Positions 23,840-31,633 of a DNA stretch of 32,000 nt are shown here, one piece after another; positions within the stretch are counted from its first letter, which is position 1, and each line of letters starts with the position of its first letter. A program made the translations under genes and the position numbers. Source of the DNA: Nitrososphaera viennensis EN76. GTDB taxonomy: Archaea; Thermoproteota; Nitrososphaeria; Nitrososphaerales; Nitrososphaeraceae. The notes under the pieces were generated by a model. It was not told where the DNA came from, did no database searches, and saw only the letters and a program-made list of their open reading frames with translations. The stretch spans positions 1,140,001 through 1,172,000 of the forward strand of contig NZ_CP007536.1 in assembly GCF_000698785.1 (NCBI RefSeq). Reading direction: 5' to 3'.

Positions 23840-24252
23840 GCGGAGAAAAAGAAAAAGAGAAGGAATTCTGGATAAAACTGCTGGTCAAGTACAAGGGCAA
23901 GTGCGCGGTATGCGGAAAAGAGATCCCGCAGGGAGAATACGCGCTCTGGTCAAGGGCGTCAAAGGCCATCAAGCATGTCAAGTGCGAGGTGCCGGTGGTG
24001 CAGCAGCAACAGCAGCAACAACAGAAAGAAGAAGGCGAGGAAGAGCAGCAGGAGCCAGAGGCGCTGCTTGAGCTGAAATGCTTTGTATGCGGCAAGAACG
24101 CCGGCTGCGCCGCATGCAGCCTGGAGGCCGACTGCAACCGCGCGATGGTGTCGCAGGCGTGCATATGCGAGTCCTGCCTGTCAGGGCCGGACGCCTACGG
24201 CAGCTACCAGCAGGCGTTTCTGGCAAAAATAGCCGGAAAAGTTAAAATGTAA
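23836..24252 (+). CDS. Cys-rich zinc-finger protein with an internal polyQ/acidic linker (138 aa)
   Basis: The ATGA overlap with the rfcL stop suggests translational coupling. Module 1 is C-x2-C-x20-H-x2-C (CAVCGKEIPQGEYALWSRASKAIKHVKC). A Q8 run and an E-rich linker follow. Module 2 has eight Cys (CFVCGKNAGCAACSLEADCNRAMVSQACICESC). Confidence 0.7.
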   Translation: MSGEKEKEKEFWIKLLVKYKGKCAVCGKEIPQGEYALWSRASKAIKHVKCEVPVVQQQQQQQQKEEGEEEQQEPEALLELKCFVCGKNAGCAACSLEADCNRAMVSQACICESCLSGPDAYGSYQQAFLAKIAGKVKM

Positions 24253-24283
24253 ATGCGCCAGAGGCATATAGCAGAAGCAAAAG

Positions 24284-24496
24284 ATGTCGAGCGAATACGA
24301 GCAGAACGTCGGCCAGCTTTTGGCAGAAAAAAAGGCGGCTCTTGAGGAGCTTGCAAAAGACCCAAAGGAGAACGCGGCCAGGATCTCGCAGCTCACGCTT
24401 GAAATCGATTCGCTTGAGGCCATGTACGAAAACTATAACCTTGGCCTGAATGTCTTTCGCAGGGCGCAGGGCGGAAGGGCCGGCCTGAGAGAGTGA
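24284..24496 (+). CDS. Small hypothetical coiled-coil protein (70 aa)
   Basis: ATG start 31 nt after the zinc-finger gene. The helical heptad-like sequence is LLAEKKAALEELAKDPKENAARISQLTLEIDSLEAMYENY. There is no homology evidence. Confidence 0.4.
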   Translation: MSSEYEQNVGQLLAEKKAALEELAKDPKENAARISQLTLEIDSLEAMYENYNLGLNVFRRAQGGRAGLRE

Positions 24497-24538
24497 GTAA
24501 ACACCATTCCTAAGTTATCATCTAAATGCTGTAATGAA

Positions 24539-24546
24539 TTTATATA
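24539..24546 (+). promoter_or_regulatory. TATA box (TTTATATA) of the carboxylase operon
   Basis: Its centre is about 32 nt upstream of ATG 24575, which predicts a leader of only a few nucleotides. Confidence 0.45.
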
Positions 24547-24574
24547 GCCACTCGCTGGCATTAACTACACTCCC

Positions 24575-26119
24575 ATGCATGAAGAAAAAGTAAAGCGGCT
24601 GGCTGCATTGAAAAAGTCCGCCGAGAACGGCGGTGGCGACGAGCGCATCGAGGCCCAGCACTCAAAGGGCAAACTTACTGCACGTGAGAGGATAGCACTG
24701 TTGCTTGATGAAGGCAGCTTCGTCGAGATTGACAAGTACGTCACCCACAGGGGCGACGACCCGACCGTCCAGAAATTCTACGGCGACGGCGCGGTGACAG
24801 GCTTTGGCACGGTCAACGGGAGGCAGATATTCGTTTTTGCGTATGATTTCACGGTCCTTGGCGGATCGCTTGGCGAGATGACGAGCAAGAAAATCACGAA
24901 AGTGATGGACCATGCCATGAAGGTCGGGTGCCCGATTGTCGGCATCATCGACTCGGGCGGCGCAAGGATACAGGAAGGCGTCAACAGCCTTGACGGCTAT
25001 GGCGACATTTTCTTCCGAAACACGATGGCTTCAGGCGTCATACCGCAGATCACGGCAAGCATCGGCCCGTGCGCAGGCGGAGCGGTGTATTCGCCGGCGA
25101 TGACCGACTTTGTAGTGATGGTCGAGAACATCGGCCAGATGTTCGTGACGGGCCCAGAGGTGGTAAAAGAGGTCCTGAGCCAGGAAGTGTCGTTTGAGGA
25201 GCTTGGAGGCGCGCGTGCGCACGGCTCGAAATCCGGAGTGGCGCACTTTGTAGCCAAGAACGAGTACGACTGCTTTGACAAGATAAAGAAGCTGCTGTCA
25301 TTCATCCCGCAAAACAACGCGGAAGAGCCGCCGATGATGGCAGAATTGACGGACGACCCTAACAGGGTGGACCCGAACCTGATAAACATGCTGCCAGAGA
25401 ACCCGTACCAGCAGTATGACATGAAAGAGATCATCAAGTCGGTCGTCGACAACGGCGACTTTTTTGAAGTACACGAGCTGTTTGCTGAAAACGTCCTCGT
25501 GGGCTTTGCAAGGATGGGCGGAAGGACCGTCGGCATCATCGCAAACCAGCCGATGTACCTCGCAGGTGCGCTTGACATCAACTCTTCCAACAAAGCTGCC
25601 AGGTTCATCAGGTTCTGCGACTCGTTCAACATCCCCATTGTCACGCTGGTGGACACGCCCGGATACCTGCCTGGAACTGACCAGGAGCACAATGGCATCA
25701 TCAGGCATGGAAGCAAGCTGCTGTATGCGTATTGCGAGGCAACGGTGCCAAAGATAACCTGCATCATCGGCAAGGCGTACGGCGGAGCCTACATCGCCAT
25801 GGGAAGCAAGAACCTGCGCGCAGACGTCAACTATGCGTGGCCAAACGCCGAGATAGCAGTGCTCGGCCCGGAAGCGGCCGTTACGATTATCCACAGAAAA
25901 GAGCTGAAAAACGCGCCAGACGCGCCGGCGATGAAGAAAAAGCTTGCCAAGGACTATCGCGACAAGTTTGCAAACCCATACCTTGCAGCCGAAAGGGGCA
26001 TCATCGACGTCGTCATTGACCCGATGGAGACAAGGCCAATGATAATCCGCGCGCTTGAAGCACTTGCGAACAAGAAGGAGGCAAGGCCGTGGAAAAAGCA
26101 CGGGAACATCAACCTGTAG
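24575..26119 (+). CDS. pccB: Acetyl-CoA/propionyl-CoA carboxylase, carboxyltransferase subunit
   Basis: 514 aa. It shows PccB/methylmalonyl-CoA-decarboxylase-alpha-type sequence throughout (GKLTARERI, DSGGARIQEG, GPCAGGAVYSPA, ...PGYLPGTDQEHNGIIRHGSKLLYAY). Confidence 0.93.
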   Translation: MHEEKVKRLAALKKSAENGGGDERIEAQHSKGKLTARERIALLLDEGSFVEIDKYVTHRGDDPTVQKFYGDGAVTGFGTVNGRQIFVFAYDFTVLGGSLGEMTSKKITKVMDHAMKVGCPIVGIIDSGGARIQEGVNSLDGYGDIFFRNTMASGVIPQITASIGPCAGGAVYSPAMTDFVVMVENIGQMFVTGPEVVKEVLSQEVSFEELGGARAHGSKSGVAHFVAKNEYDCFDKIKKLLSFIPQNNAEEPPMMAELTDDPNRVDPNLINMLPENPYQQYDMKEIIKSVVDNGDFFEVHELFAENVLVGFARMGGRTVGIIANQPMYLAGALDINSSNKAARFIRFCDSFNIPIVTLVDTPGYLPGTDQEHNGIIRHGSKLLYAYCEATVPKITCIIGKAYGGAYIAMGSKNLRADVNYAWPNAEIAVLGPEAAVTIIHRKELKNAPDAPAMKKKLAKDYRDKFANPYLAAERGIIDVVIDPMETRPMIIRALEALANKKEARPWKKHGNINL

Positions 26120-26132
26120 GTGAGACAAAGAA

Positions 26133-27650
26133 ATGTCCAAGAAAATCACGAGCATCCTGATTGCAAACAGGGGCGAGATAGCGCTCCGCGTAATCCGGGC
26201 GTGCAAGGAACTCGGCATCAGGTCAATCGCGATATACTCTGATGAGGACACGCGCGCGGTGCACGTCAAGAGGGCAGACGAGGCGCACCACATCGGCCCG
26301 GCCCCGCCGGCGCAAAGCTACCTGAACATGGCCAAGATTGTCGAGACTGCAAAAGCGGCAGGCGCCGACGCTATCCACCCCGGCTATGGCTTTCTGTCAG
26401 AGAACGAGAATTTCCCCGAGATGTGCGAGAAAAACGGCATCATATTCATCGGCCCGACCGCAAAAGCGATGGACGTCACCGGCGACAAGATGAAGTGCAA
26501 GGCCGTCATGAAAAAGGCCAAGGTCCCAACCGTTCCGGGAAGCGACGGCACGATAGAAGACGTTGAAAAAGCCGCAGACATTGCGCACCAGGCAGGCTAT
26601 CCGGTGATGCTAAAGTCGGCTTTTGGAGGCGGCGGCAGGGGCATCAGGCTCTGCAAGGACGAAAAGCAGCTGCGCCAGGAATTCGAGATGGCGTCTGCCG
26701 AGTCCAAGGCGGCCTTTGGCAAGTCTGCGCTGTTTGTAGAAAAGTACCTGCAGAGGATCAGGCACATCGAGTTCCAGCTGCTCCGCGATTCGCACGGCAA
26801 CGGCAGGCACCTGTTTGAGCGCGAATGCTCGATACAGCGCAGGCACCAGAAACTCATCGAAATGTCGCCGTCGCCCGTGGTCGACCAGAAAACCAGGGAA
26901 AGGATTGGCGAGATAGCGGTAAGGGCGGCGGCTGCGGTAGACTACCTCAACGCAGGCACGGCAGAGTTTCTGCGCGACCCGGAGGGCAACTTTTACTTTA
27001 TCGAGATAAACTCCCGCCTGCAGGTGGAGCACCCCGTGACAGAGCTTGTGACCGGCCTTGACCTCGTGAAACTCCAGATCCACGTGGCGCAGGGAGGCGA
27101 GATCCCCTTCAAGCAGGAGGACCTGAAGATGAACGGCTGCGCCATCGAGTGCCGCATAAACGCCGAGGACCCGTTCTACGACTTTGCGCCGTCGACGGGC
27201 GCGGTGCCAAGCTGCAACATCCCCTACGGCCCCGGCGTCAGGGTTGACACATACCTGTATCCTGGCTGCACCGTCTCGGGCTACTATGACTCGCTTGTTG
27301 CAAAGCTGCTTGCATGGGGCAGCAACTTTGAAGAGGCCCGCGTGAGGATGAGAAACGCGCTGGACGAGTTTACCATAGAGGGCATCAACACCACAATCCC
27401 GCTGTACAAGACCATAATGGACGAGTCCAACTTTATCAAGGGCGAGATTTCGACCGACTACCTCGAGCGCTTCAAGGTGTTCGACAGGATGAACGAAGAG
27501 GTCAAGGCAGAAGCGTCCAAGAACGCCCAGGCTGCGGTGGCGGCCGCGCTGTTGCAGTCAGAGCTTGTGAAAAAGAGTGCTGCGCCATCGCAAATCAACA
27601 ACAACGGTCAAAAAGCTTCCAGATGGAAGATGATGAGGGCGACAAGCTGA
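26133..27650 (+). CDS. accC: Biotin carboxylase subunit (ATP-grasp)
   Basis: ILIANRGEIALRVIRACKELGI, KSAFGGGGRGIR, EINSRLQVEHPVTE. It has a C-terminal tail of about 50 aa beyond the usual AccC length. Confidence 0.95.
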   Translation: MSKKITSILIANRGEIALRVIRACKELGIRSIAIYSDEDTRAVHVKRADEAHHIGPAPPAQSYLNMAKIVETAKAAGADAIHPGYGFLSENENFPEMCEKNGIIFIGPTAKAMDVTGDKMKCKAVMKKAKVPTVPGSDGTIEDVEKAADIAHQAGYPVMLKSAFGGGGRGIRLCKDEKQLRQEFEMASAESKAAFGKSALFVEKYLQRIRHIEFQLLRDSHGNGRHLFERECSIQRRHQKLIEMSPSPVVDQKTRERIGEIAVRAAAAVDYLNAGTAEFLRDPEGNFYFIEINSRLQVEHPVTELVTGLDLVKLQIHVAQGGEIPFKQEDLKMNGCAIECRINAEDPFYDFAPSTGAVPSCNIPYGPGVRVDTYLYPGCTVSGYYDSLVAKLLAWGSNFEEARVRMRNALDEFTIEGINTTIPLYKTIMDESNFIKGEISTDYLERFKVFDRMNEEVKAEASKNAQAAVAAALLQSELVKKSAAPSQINNNGQKASRWKMMRATS

Positions 27651-27651
27651 T

Positions 27652-28164
27652 ATGGAGTTCAAAGTCGGCGACCTTGCACAGATGCTGAGCGGAGAAGTGC
27701 TCAGAACCACGGGAAACAACTCGGTGCTCGTAAAGATAGGCGACAAAGAGCACACGATAAGGCTGCTGAAATCCGGCACAAACGAGTTTGAGTTCATACT
27801 CGACAACACGTTCCACCACGCCAAGATCCTCCAGTCTGGAAGCGCCGAAGTGAAATTGATGCTTGACGGCCAGCCGATAACAGTCAAGAAGCATTCCAAG
27901 CTGACAGAGGTGCTTGAAAAGGCGTCGGCGCTTGGCGGGGCAGGCGGAGGCGACCGCAACCTTGCAAGCCAGATCCCTGGAAGGGTCGTCAACATTTCTG
28001 CCAAGCCGGGAACAGAAGTCAAGAAGGGCGACGTGATAGTGGTGCTTGAATCGATGAAGATGCAGGTGGCAATCAAGGCCCACAAGGACGGCAACCTGAA
28101 AGAGATAAAGGTAAAGCAGGGAGCCAGCGTCGCAAGAAACGACATTCTGGCAGTGATAGAATAA
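27652..28164 (+). CDS. accB: Biotin carboxyl carrier protein
   Basis: C-terminal biotinyl domain GDVIVVLESMKMQVAIKA (MKM biotinylation lysine; Ser where Ala is commoner). It starts 1 nt after the accC stop. Confidence 0.9.
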   Translation: MEFKVGDLAQMLSGEVLRTTGNNSVLVKIGDKEHTIRLLKSGTNEFEFILDNTFHHAKILQSGSAEVKLMLDGQPITVKKHSKLTEVLEKASALGGAGGGDRNLASQIPGRVVNISAKPGTEVKKGDVIVVLESMKMQVAIKAHKDGNLKEIKVKQGASVARNDILAVIE

Positions 28165-28172
28165 TAGGAGCT

Positions 28173-28949
28173 TTAGCGCCTGCTACGGTGGCGCTTTTCT
28201 TCAATCTTTTTTGCCAGCGCCATCACTGCAAATAGCCCCACGCCTATCGACGACAGCACAAAGAGCGCGGTAGAGACCATCAGGACGACAGCATTCCCCG
28301 TAGCCACGCCTACCGCAACTGCTGCAAGCGACGCTATTGCAGAAATGCCGAGTATAACCAGCAGTTTTTTGCCCGGCGCCCTGTTGCGCAGCGCAACTGC
28401 AGCCGGCGACAGATAAACCGCGCCTATGAGCGTGCTTGCGGCAAAGCCTGCGACAACAGCGCCTCCTTCCCCTGCGGACATGCCATAGCCCTTTTCTGCC
28501 ACCTGCAGGATGCCGAGGAGCGGGTATATCGCGGCCTTGATCGTTGCCTGCGCCCACGGGTTTGAACGCTCATAATCTGCAACAGACGGGCTGAAAGAGT
28601 AGTACCAGCTGTTAAAGACGTTCATAAAGCCAGAGCCTGCGGCAGTCGAGAGTATATGGTTGTCCCTGAACCCTCTCAGGAACTGCACCTGCGGCGTCAG
28701 TTCAGAGCCAAACGCTGCTGTGGCGATGAGGCATCCTGACGGCTGCTGCCCCTGTGCAGGCTGCTCGGTTCCCGTCTGGTTGGCGCGCTTTACCTGGGCA
28801 GACACGTTGTCGCCAAACCCAAGTGATTCACCTTCCTGCGCCATTGCGGGGGCAGGAATGAATAATACAACAACAATGGCAAGTGTCAGGAGCAAGGCGG
28901 TAGCAACAAATGCCGCTGGGAAAATGCCGTGGAGGGTGGCCTTGCGCAT
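28173..28949 (-). CDS. Multi-pass membrane protein with a signal peptide and a C-L-I-A-T-A-A-F-G-S ... L-R-x-F-R-D box
   Basis: Signal/anchor FPAAFVATALLLTLAIVVVLFIPAPAMA-Q, then GCLIATAAFGSELTPQVQFLRGFRDNHIL...FNSWYYSFSPSVADY, then several Ala/Gly/Val-rich TM helices and a basic tail KKIEEKRHRSRR. I prefer ATG 28949 over GTG 28952 because a TATA box lies about 26 nt upstream. Confidence 0.75.
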   Translation of the reverse strand: MRKATLHGIFPAAFVATALLLTLAIVVVLFIPAPAMAQEGESLGFGDNVSAQVKRANQTGTEQPAQGQQPSGCLIATAAFGSELTPQVQFLRGFRDNHILSTAAGSGFMNVFNSWYYSFSPSVADYERSNPWAQATIKAAIYPLLGILQVAEKGYGMSAGEGGAVVAGFAASTLIGAVYLSPAAVALRNRAPGKKLLVILGISAIASLAAVAVGVATGNAVVLMVSTALFVLSSIGVGLFAVMALAKKIEEKRHRSRR

Positions 28950-28971
28950 CACCGGAAATAGCCGCCGTTTG

Positions 28972-28979
28972 TATATAAA
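28972..28979 (-). promoter_or_regulatory. TATA box (TTTATATA on the minus strand) for the membrane protein gene
   Basis: Its centre is about 26 nt upstream of ATG 28949, implying a leaderless mRNA. Confidence 0.45.
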
Positions 28980-29019
28980 TAATTAATCATCAGCAAGCAG
29001 GCTTTAATTTTCTAGGTTT

Positions 29020-29811
29020 TCAGTGCACACACAGAGAGAGATCTGTCGGGCGACCTGCCGGCTCCATCCACCTCAGCCGTTGCTTCAATCCAGCGACGGC
29101 GAAGGCTTGCTCTATATAACCACGAGATTCCGAGTAATGCGCCCAGCCTTCAAAGTGCAATGGCATAATCGTAGCCTCCGGAAAGGCACGTGCTGCTTTT
29201 ACTCCTTCTGCGGCAGTAAATGTCAGATGCCAGGGACCGACTTCTGCGACCCTTGCTGCTCCCATAAACAGGACCGCCACACGTACACAGAAGCGCCGGC
29301 CGATCTCCAGTAGATCCTCATGCCAGACAGTGTCGCCAGAAACGTAAACTGCGTGTTCCGGCTCGCCGGCAAGCGCAAGCACGAATCCAGTCACTGGGCC
29401 ACGATCTGCGTGAACCGGCCCATGATGCGCCGGTGTTCCAGTAATCTGCAGAACGCGGCCGTCTCTGGTCGGAATGTCAATTGTTTGCCGCGGGGACAGG
29501 CCGGTGGCCTTGCCGCCCAAGCGCTCTGCCGCTGCAGGCGTCGTTAAAACCTGTACTGCACGGTCGAGAACAGCTCGCCCCATGGCATCAGGATTGTCAA
29601 GGTGTTGATCGTGGCTTGACAGTACTGCGTCCAGGGAGCCGATGGCGTCGTGATCAATAGCCGGGCCGCGTGTCTTGCGGAGCACATACAGGCTGGTCAG
29701 GTATTCGCAAGGAGTATCAAACGTCGGGTCAGTGAGGAGGCGCAATCCTCCCAGTTCGATGATGGCAGTCGGTCCGCCGATGTACGTGAACCGTAACTTG
29801 AGATCATTCAT
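29020..29811 (-). CDS. MBL-fold metallo-hydrolase (beta-lactamase-like superfamily, UlaG-like branch)
   Basis: LRFTYIGGPTAIIELGGLRLLTDPTF, VLSSHDQHLDN (degenerate HxHxDH), GTPAHHGP, and YVSGDT. 263 aa. Confidence 0.82.
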   Translation of the reverse strand: MNDLKLRFTYIGGPTAIIELGGLRLLTDPTFDTPCEYLTSLYVLRKTRGPAIDHDAIGSLDAVLSSHDQHLDNPDAMGRAVLDRAVQVLTTPAAAERLGGKATGLSPRQTIDIPTRDGRVLQITGTPAHHGPVHADRGPVTGFVLALAGEPEHAVYVSGDTVWHEDLLEIGRRFCVRVAVLFMGAARVAEVGPWHLTFTAAEGVKAARAFPEATIMPLHFEGWAHYSESRGYIEQAFAVAGLKQRLRWMEPAGRPTDLSLCVH

Positions 29812-29860
29812 GATATAAAATGAGTGATATGTCCTACACGAATTTTTCCCTTAATGGCAT

Positions 29861-29887
29861 AAAAAGAAGAAAGAGAGAGAAAGAGGG
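29861..29887 (-). terminator. Pyrimidine/T5 tract after the peroxiredoxin gene
   Basis: The minus strand reads TGAccctctttctctctctttcttcTTTTTa directly after the stop. Confidence 0.35.
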
Positions 29888-30424
29888 TCAGTTGTTGCCG
29901 CTGCCGTTATTATTCTTCTTTAGGAACTCCTTTATCTCGGCATAGTTTGGCTCGACAAGCGGGTCGTCAGACACCCACCTGTATCGCACCTTGCCCTGCT
30001 CGTCCAGTACGAACACAGACCTCTTTGCAGCGTTGTAGTCGGGCATGCTTGCCAGCTTTTTCATGACGATGCCGTACTTTTTGATGACCTTTCTCCCATA
30101 GTCGGAAAGCACGGGGAAGTTCAGGTGATGGTTGTTGGCAAAGGCCTTGTTGACGAACGGCCCGTCGACAGAGATACCAAGCACGTTTGCGCCATAGTCC
30201 CGGAGCTCGTCAAGCGAGTCGCGGATTACGCACATTTCCGCCGTGCAGACCGGCGACTCGGCTGCAGGAAAGAATGCAAGTATTGTCTTTTTGCCTCTGA
30301 ATTCGCTCAGCTTGCGGTTCTTCATATCCTGGTCCGGGAGTTCAAAGTCAGGGGCCTTTTGGCCTATCTTAACAGATGATGACTTGGCTGCTGCCATATG
30401 CATGAATGCGGCCGAGCTTGCCAT
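29888..30424 (-). CDS. Peroxiredoxin (AhpC/TSA-Bcp type thiol peroxidase)
   Basis: KIGQKAPDFELPD...GKKTILAFFPAAESPVCTAEMC...VLGISVDGPF...NFPVLSD. The start is ambiguous among ATG 30424, 30403 and 30397. Confidence 0.9.
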   Translation of the reverse strand: MASSAAFMHMAAAKSSSVKIGQKAPDFELPDQDMKNRKLSEFRGKKTILAFFPAAESPVCTAEMCVIRDSLDELRDYGANVLGISVDGPFVNKAFANNHHLNFPVLSDYGRKVIKKYGIVMKKLASMPDYNAAKRSVFVLDEQGKVRYRWVSDDPLVEPNYAEIKEFLKKNNNGSGNN

Positions 30425-30445
30425 AAAAAGATTTTCAACCGCGTG

Positions 30446-31633
30446 TCAGGTGTAGTATTTGGATTTAAAGGGCGAAAGCGAGCGCAGTTCCTTTACCACG
30501 CCTGCAAGCGCAGACACCGTCCTGTCCATCTCCTCTTTCGTGTTCTGCATCGACAGGCTGATGCGAAGCGAGCCGGTTATCTCCTCGTAGGAAAAGCCCA
30601 TCGCCTTCAGCACGTGCGACGGCTTTTGCTTCTTGACCGAGCAGGCCGAGCCTGTGGACGCGGCAATCCCGTCTTCGTCCAGCTTTATTATCAGGTCCTC
30701 CCCGTTTACCCCAAAGAAAGTGAAATGCGCGTTTGGAGCAAGCCGGTTTGTTTTAGAGCCGTTGAGCCTGCTGTGCGGGATTTCCGACAGGACCTTTTCA
30801 ATCAGGTAGTCGCGGAGCGCTGACACCTGCCTCTGGTACTCTGGCAGCCGGCCCCCGGCAAGCTCGCACGCCTTTCCAAAGCCGACGATGCCCGGGACGT
30901 TTTCGGTGCCCGAGCGCATGGCAGATTCCTGCCCGCCGCCGTGGATTATCGGCATTATCTCCAGCCCGTCGCGGATGTACAGCGCCCCGACGCCTTTGGG
31001 CCCGTTTATCTTGTGCGACGACATTGAAAGCAGGTCGACTCCAAGGTCCCTGACGTCAACCGGCATCTTGCCGGCGGCCTGCACCGCGTCGGTGTGAAAG
31101 AGGGCGCCGGCGTCGTGCGCAATCCGGGCAAGCTCCTTTACCGGCTGGATGGTGCCCACCTCGTTGTTTGCGTGCATGATGCTGACAAGCGCTGTCGAGG
31201 GCGTGATCGCCCCCTTGAGGTCCTCCGGCCTCACCAGCCCTTCCTGAGTGACCGGCAGAAACGTCACGCTGTAGCCCAGCCTTTCAAGGTCGCGGCATGG
31301 CTCTAGCACGGCGTCGTGCTCGATGTAGCTTGTTATCACGTGGTTTTTTGACGGGTCCTTGCTTCTCGCATAGTCGGCTGTCCCCTTGATCGCAAGGTTG
31401 TCGGCCTCTGTGCCGCCCGACGTGAACGTTATCTCTTGCGGCTTTGCAGCGCCCACAAGGCCGGCGACGCGCTTTCTTGCAAGCTGTATCGCCCGCGTCG
31501 CCTCCCTGCCAAAGTAGTGTATTGAAGAGGGATTGCCAAACTGCTGTTTCAGGTACGGGATCATTTCCTGTATCACCTCGTCTGCGACGGGAGTCGACGC
31601 CGCGCTGTCAAGGTAGATTCGTTGTTCTGTCAA
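30446..31633 (-). CDS. Cysteine desulfurase (IscS/NifS type, class V aminotransferase)
   Basis: IYLDSAASTP, TSGGTEADN, the PLP lysine SSHKINGPKGVGALY, and the active-site loop STGSACSVKKQKPSHVLKAMG. Confidence 0.92.
   Translation of the reverse strand: MTEQRIYLDSAASTPVADEVIQEMIPYLKQQFGNPSSIHYFGREATRAIQLARKRVAGLVGAAKPQEITFTSGGTEADNLAIKGTADYARSKDPSKNHVITSYIEHDAVLEPCRDLERLGYSVTFLPVTQEGLVRPEDLKGAITPSTALVSIMHANNEVGTIQPVKELARIAHDAGALFHTDAVQAAGKMPVDVRDLGVDLLSMSSHKINGPKGVGALYIRDGLEIMPIIHGGGQESAMRSGTENVPGIVGFGKACELAGGRLPEYQRQVSALRDYLIEKVLSEIPHSRLNGSKTNRLAPNAHFTFFGVNGEDLIIKLDEDGIAASTGSACSVKKQKPSHVLKAMGFSYEEITGSLRISLSMQNTKEEMDRTVSALAGVVKELRSLSPFKSKYYT

Noticed and set aside
23757-24164. 135-aa minus-strand ORF containing a poly-Cys run (CCCCCCCC)
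   Set aside because: The poly-Cys run is simply the reverse-complement reading of the CAG/CAA polyQ microsatellite of the plus-strand zinc-finger gene. The plus-strand ORF has coherent Zn-finger modules and is coupled to rfcL.
24997-26293. Long minus-strand ORFs (24997..25773, 258 aa; 25298..26293, 331 aa) antisense to pccB/accC, and 27558..28145 antisense to accC/accB
   Set aside because: These are shadow ORFs of well-supported carboxylase genes. Their composition is biased (Ser/Met/Leu- or Arg/Val-rich), and they have no independent start context.
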